Below are positions 1 to 12,139 of a DNA stretch of 64,000 nucleotides, piece after piece (position 1 is the first letter of the stretch; each line of letters starts with the position of its first letter). The DNA lies in NCBI GenBank assembly GCA_963712745.1, contig CAVQJC010000004.1, positions 224,001 to 288,000 on the forward strand, read 5' to 3'. Both the position numbers and the translations under genes were made by a program. This DNA is from an uncultured Chloroflexia bacterium. Lineage in GTDB: Bacteria; Chloroflexota; Limnocylindria; Limnocylindrales; CSP1-4. Below the pieces are notes generated by a model that had not been told where the DNA came from, did not search any database, and saw only the letters and a list, made by a program, of their open reading frames with translations.

Positions 1-1956
1 GGACTCGATCCCGTCGCCGTCACCGCCGCGTTCGTGCACGACGTCCCCGAGGACACCGAGTACTCCCTCGGCGATGTGGAGGAGCGATTCGGAGCGGATG
101 TCGCGAGACTCGTCGACGGCGTCACCAAGCTGGGCAAGTTCAGCACGCTGACCCATGAACAGCAGCAGGCCGAGAACATCCGCAAGATGTTCCTGGCCAT
201 GGCCGAGGACATCCGCGTCGTCCTCATCAAACTGGCCGACCGCCTTCACAACATGCGCACGCTCGCGTCACTGCCGCCGGCCAAGCAGCTGCGCATCGCC
301 CGCCAGACCGCCGAGATCTACGCACCCCTGGCCGAGCGACTCGGCATCTGGCAGATGAAGTGGGAGCTCGAGGACCTCTCGTTCAAGTACATCGACCCCG
401 AGGCATACCGTGAGCTGGCGGGGCAGTTGGAGACGCATCGCAGGGCCCGCGAGGCCTACGTCATACGCGCCATGGATGTCTTGCAGGAGGCGCTGCTGGA
501 GTCGGGCATCGAAGCGGAGCTCTCGGGCCGACCCAAGCATATCTACAGCATCTACAAGAAGATGCAGCGCAAGCGGGCCGAGTTCGGCGAGATCTACGAC
601 GTCCACGCCCTGCGGGTCCTGGTCGGAGACGTGCGCGAGTGCTACGCCGCTCTGGGAGTGGTCCATTCGCTGTGGCGACCCATCCCGGGGCAGTTCGATG
701 ACTACATCGCCATGCCCAAGAACAACATGTACCAGAGCCTCCACACCGCTGTGGTGGCCCTCGACGGCAAACCGCTGGAGGTGCAGATCCGCTCCCAGGA
801 CATGCACCGCGTGTCGGAGGTCGGAATCGCCGCCCACTGGCGATACAAGGAGGGCTCGCGCTCGGACCGCGCCTACGACGCCAAGCTGGCCTGGGTGCGC
901 CAGCTCATGGAATGGCAGCTGGACGTCTCGGATGCCACGGAGTTCATCGAGGGCGTCAAGCTCGACATCTTCCAGGATCAGGTCTTCGTCTTCACGCCTG
1001 CCGGGGACGTCAAGGACATGCCGGCTGGCGCCACTCCGCTCGACTTCGCCTACCGCATCCACACCGAGGTCGGCCACGCCTGCATCGGAGCCAAGGTGAA
1101 CAACCGCCTGGTGCCGCTCGACTACAAGCTCAAGAATGGCGACATCGTGGAGATCGTCACCACCAAGAGCGCACACGGGCCGTCTCGTGACTGGCTCAAC
1201 ATCGTCACCACCAGTCACGCCCGCGAGAAGATCCGCCAGTGGTTCAAGCGCCAGCAACGCGACGAGAACATCGCCCACGGCAAGCAGGTGCTCGACCGGG
1301 AGCTGCACCGACTGGCACGGACGAGCCTCGACGCGGTGCCGCACGACAAGCTCGAGGAGCTGGCCGAACAGCACAATCTCAAGTCCGTGGACGACTTCTT
1401 GGCGGCCGTCGGTTACGGCCAGATCGGGGCCCAGCAGATCGTCTCGCGCCTCGGCGTCGTGGACGACGTCGACGAGGTCCAGCTGCCACAGGTGGCGCCG
1501 CCCCCACCCCAGCCGGGTGGTGTGCGGGTCAGGGGCGTCGGGGACCTGCTGGTGCGCTTCAGCAAGTGCTGCCATCCCATCCCGGGTGACCCCATCATGG
1601 GCTTCATCACCCGCGGCCGCGGCGTGACCGTCCACCTCGCCACCTGCCCCACCGTGGTCAACGAGCGCGCCGTCGAACGGCTCATCGACGTGGAATGGGA
1701 GACCGCAGCCCAGCAGACGTATCCCATCGCCATCCTCATCGAGGCCTACGACCGCACCGGCCTGCTGAGCGAGATAAGCCATGTCATGGCCGAGGACAAG
1801 ATCAACATCGTGGCCGCCTCGGTGCGCGTGCACAAGGATCACCGCGCGACGGTGCAGGCGACGCTCGAGGTCTCGTCGGTGGCCCAGCTCTCGCGCGTGA
1901 TGGCGCACCTGGAGCAGCTGAAGGATGTCTACTCGGTCCAGCGCGACCGCACCTAG
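1..1956 (+). CDS. rel: (p)ppGpp synthetase/hydrolase, long RSH (5' partial; frame open from position 1)
   Basis: HD motif (FVHDVPED), KLADRLHNMRT, synthetase GRPKHIYSI and YQSLHT, TGS (DFAYRIHTEVG), ZFD (FSKCCHPIPGD), C-terminal ACT (DRTGLLSEI). Confidence 0.97.
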   Translation, partial: GLDPVAVTAAFVHDVPEDTEYSLGDVEERFGADVARLVDGVTKLGKFSTLTHEQQQAENIRKMFLAMAEDIRVVLIKLADRLHNMRTLASLPPAKQLRIARQTAEIYAPLAERLGIWQMKWELEDLSFKYIDPEAYRELAGQLETHRRAREAYVIRAMDVLQEALLESGIEAELSGRPKHIYSIYKKMQRKRAEFGEIYDVHALRVLVGDVRECYAALGVVHSLWRPIPGQFDDYIAMPKNNMYQSLHTAVVALDGKPLEVQIRSQDMHRVSEVGIAAHWRYKEGSRSDRAYDAKLAWVRQLMEWQLDVSDATEFIEGVKLDIFQDQVFVFTPAGDVKDMPAGATPLDFAYRIHTEVGHACIGAKVNNRLVPLDYKLKNGDIVEIVTTKSAHGPSRDWLNIVTTSHAREKIRQWFKRQQRDENIAHGKQVLDRELHRLARTSLDAVPHDKLEELAEQHNLKSVDDFLAAVGYGQIGAQQIVSRLGVVDDVDEVQLPQVAPPPPQPGGVRVRGVGDLLVRFSKCCHPIPGDPIMGFITRGRGVTVHLATCPTVVNERAVERLIDVEWETAAQQTYPIAILIEAYDRTGLLSEISHVMAEDKINIVAASVRVHKDHRATVQATLEVSSVAQLSRVMAHLEQLKDVYSVQRDRT

Positions 1957-2014
1957 CAGCGGGACCACTCCGGGCAGCGCGGGCCGGTCCCCTCCGAGCG
2001 TCCGCCGACGCCGC

Positions 2015-2020
2015 TAGACT
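2015..2020 (+). promoter_or_regulatory. Putative -10 hexamer TAGACT, leaderless hisS start
   Basis: TAnnnT 8 nt upstream of ATG 2029, no Shine-Dalgarno. Confidence 0.5.
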
Positions 2021-2028
2021 CGCAGGCG

Positions 2029-3330
2029 ATGCCCAAGCTCCAAGCCCCGCGGGGCACCCGCGACCTGCTGCCGAGCGAGCGCGCGGTCTTCCTGCGCCTC
2101 GAGGACACTGCCCGTGACCTGGCCATGCGCTATGGCTACGGGCCCATCGAGACGCCCATGTTCGAAGGCTCGGACGTCTTCGAACGCGGAGTCGGCGCGG
2201 TCACCGACGTGGTCGAGAAGGAGCTCTTTCGCGTGCAGGCCGGGCGGGGCGAGTCGGAGCGCGAGCGCTGGGCCCTGCGCCCCGAGCCAACGGCCGGCAT
2301 CGTCCGTGCCTATGTCCAGCACGGTATGCGCACCTGGCCCCAGCCAGTGAAGCTGACCATGACCGGCCCGATGTTCCGCTACGACCGGCCCCAGGCCGGC
2401 CGCTACCGCCAGTTCTGGCAGTTCGACGTGGAGGCCATCGGCGACCCGGGGCCGGCCATCGACGCGGAGATCATCGAACTGGCCATGGCCTTCTTCGGGG
2501 CCGTGGGCCTGGCCGACGTGCAGGTGCTGCTCAATTCCATCGGCGACGTCTCGTGCCGGCCGGACTTCATGGCGGCGCTCACCACGTACTTCCGCCGCCA
2601 CCAGGATGAGCTGCCAGAGCTGGAACGGGCTCGGCTCGAGACCAATCCGCTACGCCTGCTCGATTCCAAGGACGAGCGCATGCAGGCCCTGATCACAGCG
2701 GCGCCGACTATCACCGATCATCTCTGCCACGACTGCCAGGCCCACCTTGACGGACTGCTCGGGCACCTCCAGGGCGTCTCGATCGAGCCCCGACTCGAAC
2801 CGACCCTCGTGCGCGGCCTGGATTACTACACCCGCACCGCCTTCGAGTTCTACCGATCGGGGACGGAGGGGCAGCAGCAGGCGCTCGGCGGGGGCGGCCG
2901 ATACGACGGGCTGGTGGAGTTGCTTGGCGGCCAGCCGACGCCGGGCATCGGGTTCGGCATCGGGCTGGACCGCGTCGCCATCGCGCTCGCCGAGCAGGAT
3001 GCGGCACCGGCGAGCGAACCGTGGAGGCCTGCCGTGGTGGTGGTCGGCGCAGACCCCGAGGACACGGTCGTCCGGTTGCAGCTGGCCACGGAGTTGCGCG
3101 GTGCCGGGCTGGCCTGCCGGGCTGACCTCACCTCGCGCCGGCTGGGCAAGCAGCTCGACGGTGCGGCCAAGGCCGGCGCTCATTTCGTCGTCATCTGCGG
3201 CGACGAGCTCGAGACTGGTCACGTGCAGGTGAAGGACCTGCAGGCTGGCACCCAACGCCAGGTCGACGTCACCGAGCTCGCCCGGGATCTCACCCGCGCC
3301 CACGCCCAGCACCGACATGGTGAGGAGTGA
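2029..3330 (+). CDS. hisS: Histidine--tRNA ligase
   Basis: PRGTRD, LRPEPTA, FRYDRPQAGRYRQFWQ, RGLDYY, GGGRYDGL. Confidence 0.98.
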   Translation: MPKLQAPRGTRDLLPSERAVFLRLEDTARDLAMRYGYGPIETPMFEGSDVFERGVGAVTDVVEKELFRVQAGRGESERERWALRPEPTAGIVRAYVQHGMRTWPQPVKLTMTGPMFRYDRPQAGRYRQFWQFDVEAIGDPGPAIDAEIIELAMAFFGAVGLADVQVLLNSIGDVSCRPDFMAALTTYFRRHQDELPELERARLETNPLRLLDSKDERMQALITAAPTITDHLCHDCQAHLDGLLGHLQGVSIEPRLEPTLVRGLDYYTRTAFEFYRSGTEGQQQALGGGGRYDGLVELLGGQPTPGIGFGIGLDRVAIALAEQDAAPASEPWRPAVVVVGADPEDTVVRLQLATELRGAGLACRADLTSRRLGKQLDGAAKAGAHFVVICGDELETGHVQVKDLQAGTQRQVDVTELARDLTRAHAQHRHGEE

Positions 3331-3360
3331 GCGGCGAGTGAAGGGGCCCGAGGTCGCCAC

Positions 3361-4425
3361 GTGACCTTGTCGCTGCGCGAGGCGACCGACGCCGACCGTG
3401 CCGACTGGACCGCCTTCGTGGCCTCCCAGCCCGAGGGCGACTTGCTGCAATCCTGGGCCTGGGGCGAGGCCGGGGCCGGTGAACCGGGCGAACACTGGTC
3501 ACGACTGGCGGTCGTGGACGGCGGTGGCCATATCCGCGGTGTGGCCCAGATGCTCGACCGCGCCACATCCCTCGGACGCACCGTGGCCTATGTGCCGCAT
3601 GGACCGCTCTGGGATCGCGGTTCCCCTGACGCCGCCGAGGTGCTGGCCCGGCTGCTCGCGGGTGTCAAGAGTCACGCCAAGCGACGACGGGGGATCGTGC
3701 TGAAGCTCGATCCGCGGGGCTCGGGTGACACGGCCGCGGACGCAGCCGTGCGACGAGCCCTGCTGGCCAACGCTCAGCTCGCGGCCCACGACCTGCAGGC
3801 GCCGACCACGCGAGTGATCGACCTCCGGACCGCTGATGACCCGGTCGCGAGCTGGTCCAAGGACGCGCGCGCCGAAGCCCGGCGAGCGGAACGCGAGGGC
3901 ACCACCGTCACCGTCGACCGCAACGCCGACCCGACCGCGCTCGACACTTTCCACGCCCTCCTCGCCGAGACCTCGGAACGCTCCGGCTTCCGCATCCGTC
4001 GGCGATCGTTCCTGGCCGCCCTGGCAGAGCCGCTGGCTGCTACCGGCGACTGGTTCCTGGCCCTCGCCGAGCACGATGGCAAGCCTCTGGCGGGCGCCGT
4101 GGCGCCGCGCACCGGCGACCGCGCCTACTACCTGTACGCGGCTTCGACGCGGGACAGGGAGCTGTCGAAGAAGCGCGGGCCCTACGCCGCCATGGCCGGC
4201 CTGCAGCGAGCCCTACGCGAGGCGGACACGGCCACGCTCGACCTGTGGGGTGTGCGTGAGCCCGATGACGAGACAGTGGATCCGTCGTGGGAGGGCTTCA
4301 GCCTCTTCAAGCGGCGGTTCGGCGGCACCCCGATGCGCCACCCCGGCACCTTCGACATCGTCGTCGATCCGACCTGGAACCGCCTCCGGGATCTGCGCGA
4401 GCGGCTCCGCGGCGTCGCGCGGTGA
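3361..4425 (+). CDS. FemAB/FemX-family aminoacyl-tRNA-dependent peptidyltransferase (GNAT fold)
   Basis: LLQSWAWG, YVPHGP, LKLDP, YYLYAAS, LDLWG, FKRRFGG motifs. Confidence 0.85.
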   Translation: MTLSLREATDADRADWTAFVASQPEGDLLQSWAWGEAGAGEPGEHWSRLAVVDGGGHIRGVAQMLDRATSLGRTVAYVPHGPLWDRGSPDAAEVLARLLAGVKSHAKRRRGIVLKLDPRGSGDTAADAAVRRALLANAQLAAHDLQAPTTRVIDLRTADDPVASWSKDARAEARRAEREGTTVTVDRNADPTALDTFHALLAETSERSGFRIRRRSFLAALAEPLAATGDWFLALAEHDGKPLAGAVAPRTGDRAYYLYAASTRDRELSKKRGPYAAMAGLQRALREADTATLDLWGVREPDDETVDPSWEGFSLFKRRFGGTPMRHPGTFDIVVDPTWNRLRDLRERLRGVAR

Positions 4426-5381
4426 CGAACGGGCCGCGAGGGGAAGCGGCCGGACGTCGACCGCTCGAGCTCTTCGATCGCGTTCCCCGCACCGCCGCGG
4501 CTGCGGCGGCGGTGGGCATCTCCTTCGCGGCCATCCTGTTCGTGCTCTCCGACGCCTCTCCCAGCACGGCCACGGTCTTCCGCTGCCTCTACGCTCTGCC
4601 GCTGCTGTGGTTGCTGATGCGACGTGAGGACGCGGCCTACGGCCGCAGGCCCCGGAGTGCTCGGCGCTGGGCCTTCCTGGCCGGCGTCTTCTTCGCGGGA
4701 GACCTGCTGCTCTTTCACCACGCCATCCTGCTCATGGGGGCGGGCCTGGCGACCGTCATCGTCAACGTGCAGGTCGTCATCGTCATGATCGCAGCCTGGT
4801 TCATCTGGCATGAGCGTCCAGGCCTGGCACAGGTCGTGGCCGTGCCCATCGCCCTCGGCGGCATCGTACTCATCAGCGGCGTGCTGAGTGCGGATGCCTA
4901 CGGCGATGATCCGTTTCTGGGCACGCTGCTGGGCATCCTGACCGCCGTCTGTTACGCGGGCTACCTGCTCTTGCTGCGCAAGGGCCGCGACCGTAGCCGC
5001 GCTGCCGGCCCCATCTTCGACTCGACCGTCGCCTGCCTGCTGACCGCGCTGGTGGCCGGGCTGGTGGTAGGCGATCTCGACCCCCTGCCGCCACTGCCTA
5101 CGCAGGTCTGGCTGCTGCTGCTGGCCCTGACGGCGCAGGTCGCCGGCCAGGTCATGATCGCCGTCGCCCTGCCGCGCCTGCCGGCAGCCACGACCTCGCT
5201 CATCCTGCTCATCCAGCCGGTACTGGCCACCATCTTCGCCATGCTCATCCTGGCCGAAGCGCCGTCCGCGGCGCAGCTGGTGGGCGTGGTGCTCGTCATC
5301 GGCGGCGTGCTCCTTGGCTCATCGCGCGGCCGCCACACGTCCCCGGCCGCGACCACCCCTATCACCACCGCCGCTACGTAG
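4422..5381 (+). CDS. DMT/EamA family transporter
   Basis: ~10 hydrophobic helices in two EamA-like repeats; GTG start overlaps upstream stop (GTGA). Confidence 0.85.
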   Translation: MTNGPRGEAAGRRPLELFDRVPRTAAAAAAVGISFAAILFVLSDASPSTATVFRCLYALPLLWLLMRREDAAYGRRPRSARRWAFLAGVFFAGDLLLFHHAILLMGAGLATVIVNVQVVIVMIAAWFIWHERPGLAQVVAVPIALGGIVLISGVLSADAYGDDPFLGTLLGILTAVCYAGYLLLLRKGRDRSRAAGPIFDSTVACLLTALVAGLVVGDLDPLPPLPTQVWLLLLALTAQVAGQVMIAVALPRLPAATTSLILLIQPVLATIFAMLILAEAPSAAQLVGVVLVIGGVLLGSSRGRHTSPAATTPITTAAT

Positions 5382-5431
5382 GCCCGGCGCGAGGGCTACC
5401 ATGAGCACTCCCATCCATCCCGCCGTTCGAT

Positions 5432-7276
5432 GTGTGCCACCCCGTGAAATCGACCTCCTACCGTGACCTCACCTGTGCCGACGCCCGTCTCGAGGACGTA
5501 GGCAAGTCCGCCACCCTTGCCGGCTGGGTCAACCGGCGCCGCGACCTGGGCCAGCTCATCTTCCTGGACCTGCGCGACCGCTACGGCATCACCCAGGTCG
5601 TCATCGACAATGCCGACTCAGCGGCTGCCCATGACATCGCCGAGACCGTGCGCGGCGAATACGTGGTCCGCGTCAGCGGCACCATCACCAGGCGGTTGAA
5701 GGGCATGGAGAACGAGAAGCTCGAGACGGGCGCCGTCGAGCTGCGCGCCACCGACATCGAGATCCTCGCGGTGGCCCAGACGCCGCCCTTCGTCATCAAC
5801 GCCCCGGAGGCGGAGGTCGACGAGTCGATCCGGCTCAAGTACCGCTACCTCGACCTGCGACGCGAGCCCCTGCAGCAGCGCATCGTGGCCCGGAGCAGGC
5901 TGGTCAAGGCCATCCGTGACGCCCACGACGAGGCCGGGTTCGTGGAGATCGAGACGCCCCTGCTCATCAAGTCGACGCCCGAGGGAGCTCGCGACTTCAT
6001 CGTGCCCTCCCGGCTCCAGCCGGGCTCCGTCTACGCCCTGCCCCAGAGCCCGCAGCAGATGAAGCAGCTGCTGATGGTCAGCGGCTTCGATCGCTACTAC
6101 CAGATCGCCCGCTGCCTGCGCGACGAAGACCTGCGCGGCGACCGCCAGCCCGAGTTCACCCAGCTCGACCTCGAGATGAGCTTCGTCGACGACGCCGACG
6201 TCATGGCCTGGGTCGAGGAGATGGCGCTGGCCGTGACCCGCTCCGTGGCTCCCGGGCGGCCCCTGCTCAACGACCCCTTCCCTCGCTTCACCTACCGCGA
6301 GGCCATCGACCGCTTCGGATCGGACAAGCCCGACGTGCGCTACGGCATGGAGCTGCACGACCTCGGGGAGCCGGCCCGGGCCTCGGGCTTCAGGGTCTTC
6401 GAATCGGTGCTGGCCCAGGGTGGCCGGGTCTTCGGCTTCGCGGCCCCGGACCTGGGCGGCGTGACCCGCAAGCAGATCGACGAGCTGACCGAGCGTGCCC
6501 GCAAGGCCGGCGCCGGCGGCCTGGTCTGGCTGGCACTCGACGGCGAGGGCGGGATCCGCGGCTCCATCGTCAAGATCGTGGGCGAGGACATGAGCCACAA
6601 GCTGGCCGCCGAGGCCGGAGCGCGCAACGGCGATCTCGTGCTCATCGTGGCCGATGAGGACATCACTGCTCAGGAGGTCCTGGGCAGCCTGCGCGTCGAG
6701 CTGGCCGAGCGCAACGCCATGTACGATCGCGCCATCCTCAGCTACGTCTGGGTCTACCAGTTCCCGATGTACCAGTGGGACGACGACAACGCGCGTTGGG
6801 ACGCGACGCACAACCCCTTCAGCGCGGTCCTGCCCGAGGACGAGGATCTGCTGACCACCGTGTCGGGCGACCCGCTCGTGGCCAGCCACGAGGACCCCGC
6901 CGGCCGCGCACGCGCGCAGCAATACGACATCGCCCTCAACGGCTGGGAGCTGGGTGGTGGTTCGGTCCGTTTCCATACGCGCGAGATGCTCTCGAAGTCG
7001 TTCTCACTCATGGGGCACTCGGCCGAGGCCCAGGAGGAACAGTTCAGCGGCATCCTCGAGGCCTTCGAATACGGCGCTCCGCCACACGGCGGCATCGCGC
7101 TCGGCGTCGACCGCTGGATCGCGCTGCTGACCGACCAGTCCAACATCCGCGAGGTCATGGCCTTCCCCAAGACCTCGTCGGGGTCTGACCTCATGCTCGA
7201 TGCGCCGTCGCCGGTGCATCCCGAGCAGCTCGACGAGCTGGGCCTGGCGCTGAAACCACCCAAGCTGGGCCGGTAG
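5432..7276 (+). CDS. aspS: Aspartate--tRNA ligase (true start may be ATG 5401 via a +1 indel)
   Basis: GWVNRRRDLG, RLKYRYLDLRR, STPEGARDF, LPQSPQ, RDEDLRGDRQPEFTQLD, GAPPHGGIALG. Confidence 0.97.
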   Translation: MCHPVKSTSYRDLTCADARLEDVGKSATLAGWVNRRRDLGQLIFLDLRDRYGITQVVIDNADSAAAHDIAETVRGEYVVRVSGTITRRLKGMENEKLETGAVELRATDIEILAVAQTPPFVINAPEAEVDESIRLKYRYLDLRREPLQQRIVARSRLVKAIRDAHDEAGFVEIETPLLIKSTPEGARDFIVPSRLQPGSVYALPQSPQQMKQLLMVSGFDRYYQIARCLRDEDLRGDRQPEFTQLDLEMSFVDDADVMAWVEEMALAVTRSVAPGRPLLNDPFPRFTYREAIDRFGSDKPDVRYGMELHDLGEPARASGFRVFESVLAQGGRVFGFAAPDLGGVTRKQIDELTERARKAGAGGLVWLALDGEGGIRGSIVKIVGEDMSHKLAAEAGARNGDLVLIVADEDITAQEVLGSLRVELAERNAMYDRAILSYVWVYQFPMYQWDDDNARWDATHNPFSAVLPEDEDLLTTVSGDPLVASHEDPAGRARAQQYDIALNGWELGGGSVRFHTREMLSKSFSLMGHSAEAQEEQFSGILEAFEYGAPPHGGIALGVDRWIALLTDQSNIREVMAFPKTSSGSDLMLDAPSPVHPEQLDELGLALKPPKLGR

Positions 7277-7356
7277 GCCTCGACGGCCGAGCTGCCCCGC
7301 GAGCGCGACCGCCGCTCCGGACCAGGAGTGGTCGAGCGGAGCCTTCGCCCCTGGCG

Positions 7357-8001
7357 CTACGGCTCCGCGGTAAGCTCCGGTTCGAGGGTATCGGCAGCAG
7401 CGGCACCCCACTCGGGAGGCGGTCCGCCGACCGGTTCCGGCGGCCCGGCATAGTCGGGAAGGTCGTCGAGAGCCACCTCCGCGCCGAGCACGGATCCGGG
7501 GTCGCCCAACTCGACCGAAGTCGTGTCCAGGGCGGCGATGGCCTCCGCCAGCGACCCACCCGGGCCGGCCAGCGCCCGCGGCACATCAACCACCGGCAGC
7601 AGCACGGGCCAGCCTGATTCGCCTGCTCGGCGCGGACGCGTGATAGCCAGGCCATCGCGACCGTGGGCCTCGATGAGCGAGGTGACCGTCTCGGGGTCGG
7701 CCCAGGTCATGCGCCCCGGCCAGAGCAGCACTGCGCTGGTCTCATGCACAGCTGCCATGGCGGCGTCCGCGCCAAGCCGGTACGTCTGCACCTCCGAGGC
7801 CCGCCCGGGATCGACCACCGCGGCCGGCGAACCCCCGAGCGCCTCGGCGATGCGCCCGTCCGGGTCGCAGGCCACGACGATGATGGGCATGGCACCACCG
7901 GCCCAGGCGGAATCGACGATGCGCCTGACCGCGGCGCGGCCGGTGGCGTCAGCCAGGGCCTCGCGCACGCCATCGGGCACGATCACCGCCCCGACCGTCA
8001 T
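7357..8001 (-). CDS. MobA/MocA-like NTP-transferase-fold protein, degenerate
   Basis: GT-A-like pattern (AVRRIVDSAWAGGAMPIIVV; VLLWPGRMTW; GWPVLL); lacks the LAAGxxxR loop; ATGA overlap with upstream gene. Confidence 0.6.
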   Translation of the reverse strand: MTVGAVIVPDGVREALADATGRAAVRRIVDSAWAGGAMPIIVVACDPDGRIAEALGGSPAAVVDPGRASEVQTYRLGADAAMAAVHETSAVLLWPGRMTWADPETVTSLIEAHGRDGLAITRPRRAGESGWPVLLPVVDVPRALAGPGGSLAEAIAALDTTSVELGDPGSVLGAEVALDDLPDYAGPPEPVGGPPPEWGAAAADTLEPELTAEP

Positions 8002-8993
8002 CGCCGCTTCGACGTGCCCTGCACGTCGTCCTCTTCGTCGCGGTTCCACTCGGGCGGTGCGGCCCAGGCCCAGGGCGAACGCTGTGCGCGCGGCTCCACC
8101 ATCGTGGGCAATACGATGCCGTCGTCCTCGTCGTCCATGTCGCTGGTGCTGGCCCGGTCGTGGGGAGCTCGCGAAAGGCGATCCGTCGGTAGCATCGGCT
8201 CGGGCGCCACGGGCACCTCCAACCTGGAACCCTCGACCGCCGGCGCCTCGGTCAGGGAGGCATCGTCGGTCGGGCCCACGGCCATGCTCGGGGCCCCGGA
8301 GTCGCCACTGGCAGACACGGCGGTCTCCGACGCGGTGGGCCCAGCCACTTCCTCACCTGCCGTGGCGGTGCTGACTTCGCCGCTCGACGCCGGGCTCGGA
8401 GGAGTCGAACTCCCGATCCTGGAGGCCAGGTCGCTGACCGTTTCTTCGGCTCGGCTGCGTCGCGGCAACGTCCGCGGCACCGAGGTCGCCAGTGCCTGGG
8501 TCGTGGGCGATACCCGCGGCACCTGCGTGCCAGGGCGCAGCTTCTCTCGCTGATCCCAGCGCCACCGTCGTGGCGAATCGAGGAAGACGCCGCTGACGAT
8601 GCCAAAGACGGCCGCGAACGCAGCCAGCAGCAGCGGTGCACCGGAGACCCGGAACAGGTCGTCGCCGAACCAGCTCATCACGAGCGTGAACCCGAAAAGG
8701 AGTGCGACCGGCGCATTGGAGGCGGCCATGGGCCAGCCCACGCCGCCAAGCAGCCAGTAGAGCCAGCTCCCACCCAGAGCCAGGGCCATGAGCATGAGCA
8801 CGACACTCACCGAACCCAGCCCCACGCCCTGGTCCTGCCAGAACCCCACGGCCATGTACATCAACACGCCAACGAGGAACGCCTGGGCGGCCGTGAGTAG
8901 CAGCTCCACGGCCACGACGTCGAGGGGGCGGGCGACGGGTTCGCGAACCTTCACGGCGTCAGCATACGGGTAGTCCGCGATCGCGTGCGACAA
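7998..8993 (-). CDS. Hypothetical membrane protein (~4 TM plus low-complexity Ser/Ala/acidic tail)
   Basis: Hydrophobic N-terminal half; GC3-biased codons; coupled to 7357..8001; start uncertain. Confidence 0.7.
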   Translation of the reverse strand: MSHAIADYPYADAVKVREPVARPLDVVAVELLLTAAQAFLVGVLMYMAVGFWQDQGVGLGSVSVVLMLMALALGGSWLYWLLGGVGWPMAASNAPVALLFGFTLVMSWFGDDLFRVSGAPLLLAAFAAVFGIVSGVFLDSPRRWRWDQREKLRPGTQVPRVSPTTQALATSVPRTLPRRSRAEETVSDLASRIGSSTPPSPASSGEVSTATAGEEVAGPTASETAVSASGDSGAPSMAVGPTDDASLTEAPAVEGSRLEVPVAPEPMLPTDRLSRAPHDRASTSDMDDEDDGIVLPTMVEPRAQRSPWAWAAPPEWNRDEEDDVQGTSKRR

Positions 8994-9028
8994 TCTGGTC
9001 TCCCATGGGTTTCACTCCTCTGACCATC

Positions 9029-10936
<1,908 letters not shown>

Positions 10937-10960
10937 GACCTTGGCCGTATCATCTCCGCC

Positions 10961-12139
10961 GTGACCGTCTATCTCGACCACGCCGCCTCCGCCCCGTTGC
11001 GCCCCGAGGTGCTGGAGCAGATGTTGCCCCACCTCTCAGGGGTCCAGGCCAACCCGTCCTCCCCTCATGGGCCCGGACGCCGGGCACGCATGGCGCTCGA
11101 CGAAGCCCACGAGCGACTCGCGCGCGCCGTCGGCGCCGAGCCGCGCACGCTCGTCTTCACCGGTGGCGGCACGGAGGCCATCAACCTCGCGGTCAAGGGC
11201 GCTGCCTGGGCCGGCAAGGCGGAGGGCCACCGCATCGTCACCAGCGCGGTCGAACACAAGGCCGTGCTGGAGTCGTGTCTGCTGCTGGAGAAGTACGGCT
11301 TCGAGGTGCGGAGGCTGCCGGTCGACCGTTACGGGCGCGTAGACCCGGACGAGCTCACCGCGGCGCTGACGGACAAGACCGTGCTGGTGAGCCTGCAGTG
11401 GGCCAGCAACGAGGTGGGCACGATCCAGCCCCTGGCCGAGCTCATCACACGGGTGCGGACCGGCTGCCACGCGCGCGTCCACGTCGATGCCGTCCAGGCT
11501 GCTGCCTGGCTGCCGCTCGACGTGGAGACCATGGACGCCGACCTGGTCACCCTGGCTGCCCACAAGGTCGAAGGGCCCAAGGGCACCGGCGCCCTGTGGG
11601 TCCGTCGCGGCACGGCCATCCTGCCCCAGGTGCACGGTGGCTCGCAGGAGCGCTACCGCCGCGCCGGGACCGAGAACGTGGCTGGCGCCGTGGGCATGGC
11701 CGCTGCCTTCGAGCTGGCTGCCGCCGAGCGCGAGGCGACGACAGCCGCGGTGAGAGCGCGCCGGGACCGGCTGCGCGAGGCCTTGCTCGCCCTCGACGGG
11801 GTGGAGCTGACCGGCCACCCCACCGAACGGCTGCCCAACTCGCTATCGCTGGTGGTGCGCGACGTGTCCGGCGACGACATCGTCATCGCGCTCGACCTCG
11901 ATGACGTGGCCTGCTCGACCGGCTCCGCCTGCACCAGCGGCTCGACCGAGCCCTCGCACGTGCTGAGCGCGATGGGCTACCCGCCGGCCGAGGCCAGGGG
12001 TGCGCTGCGCCTGTCCCTGGGGCGTACGACCACGGACGCCGAGGTCGCGACGGCGCTCGCTGCGCTGCCCGCGGTCATCGAGCGACTGCGGCAGGGCGAG
12101 GCCCGCCTGACCGGCGGGGCAGGGGAGCCCGGGTCGTGA
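10961..12139 (+). CDS. iscS: Cysteine desulfurase (IscS/NifS group)
   Basis: [23 protein letters not shown] Lys in [12 protein letters not shown]; adjacent to mnmA; TATCAT 7 nt upstream. Confidence 0.93.
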   Translation: MTVYLDHAASAPLRPEVLEQMLPHLSGVQANPSSPHGPGRRARMALDEAHERLARAVGAEPRTLVFTGGGTEAINLAVKGAAWAGKAEGHRIVTSAVEHKAVLESCLLLEKYGFEVRRLPVDRYGRVDPDELTAALTDKTVLVSLQWASNEVGTIQPLAELITRVRTGCHARVHVDAVQAAAWLPLDVETMDADLVTLAAHKVEGPKGTGALWVRRGTAILPQVHGGSQERYRRAGTENVAGAVGMAAAFELAAAEREATTAAVRARRDRLREALLALDGVELTGHPTERLPNSLSLVVRDVSGDDIVIALDLDDVACSTGSACTSGSTEPSHVLSAMGYPPAEARGALRLSLGRTTTDAEVATALAALPAVIERLRQGEARLTGGAGEPGS

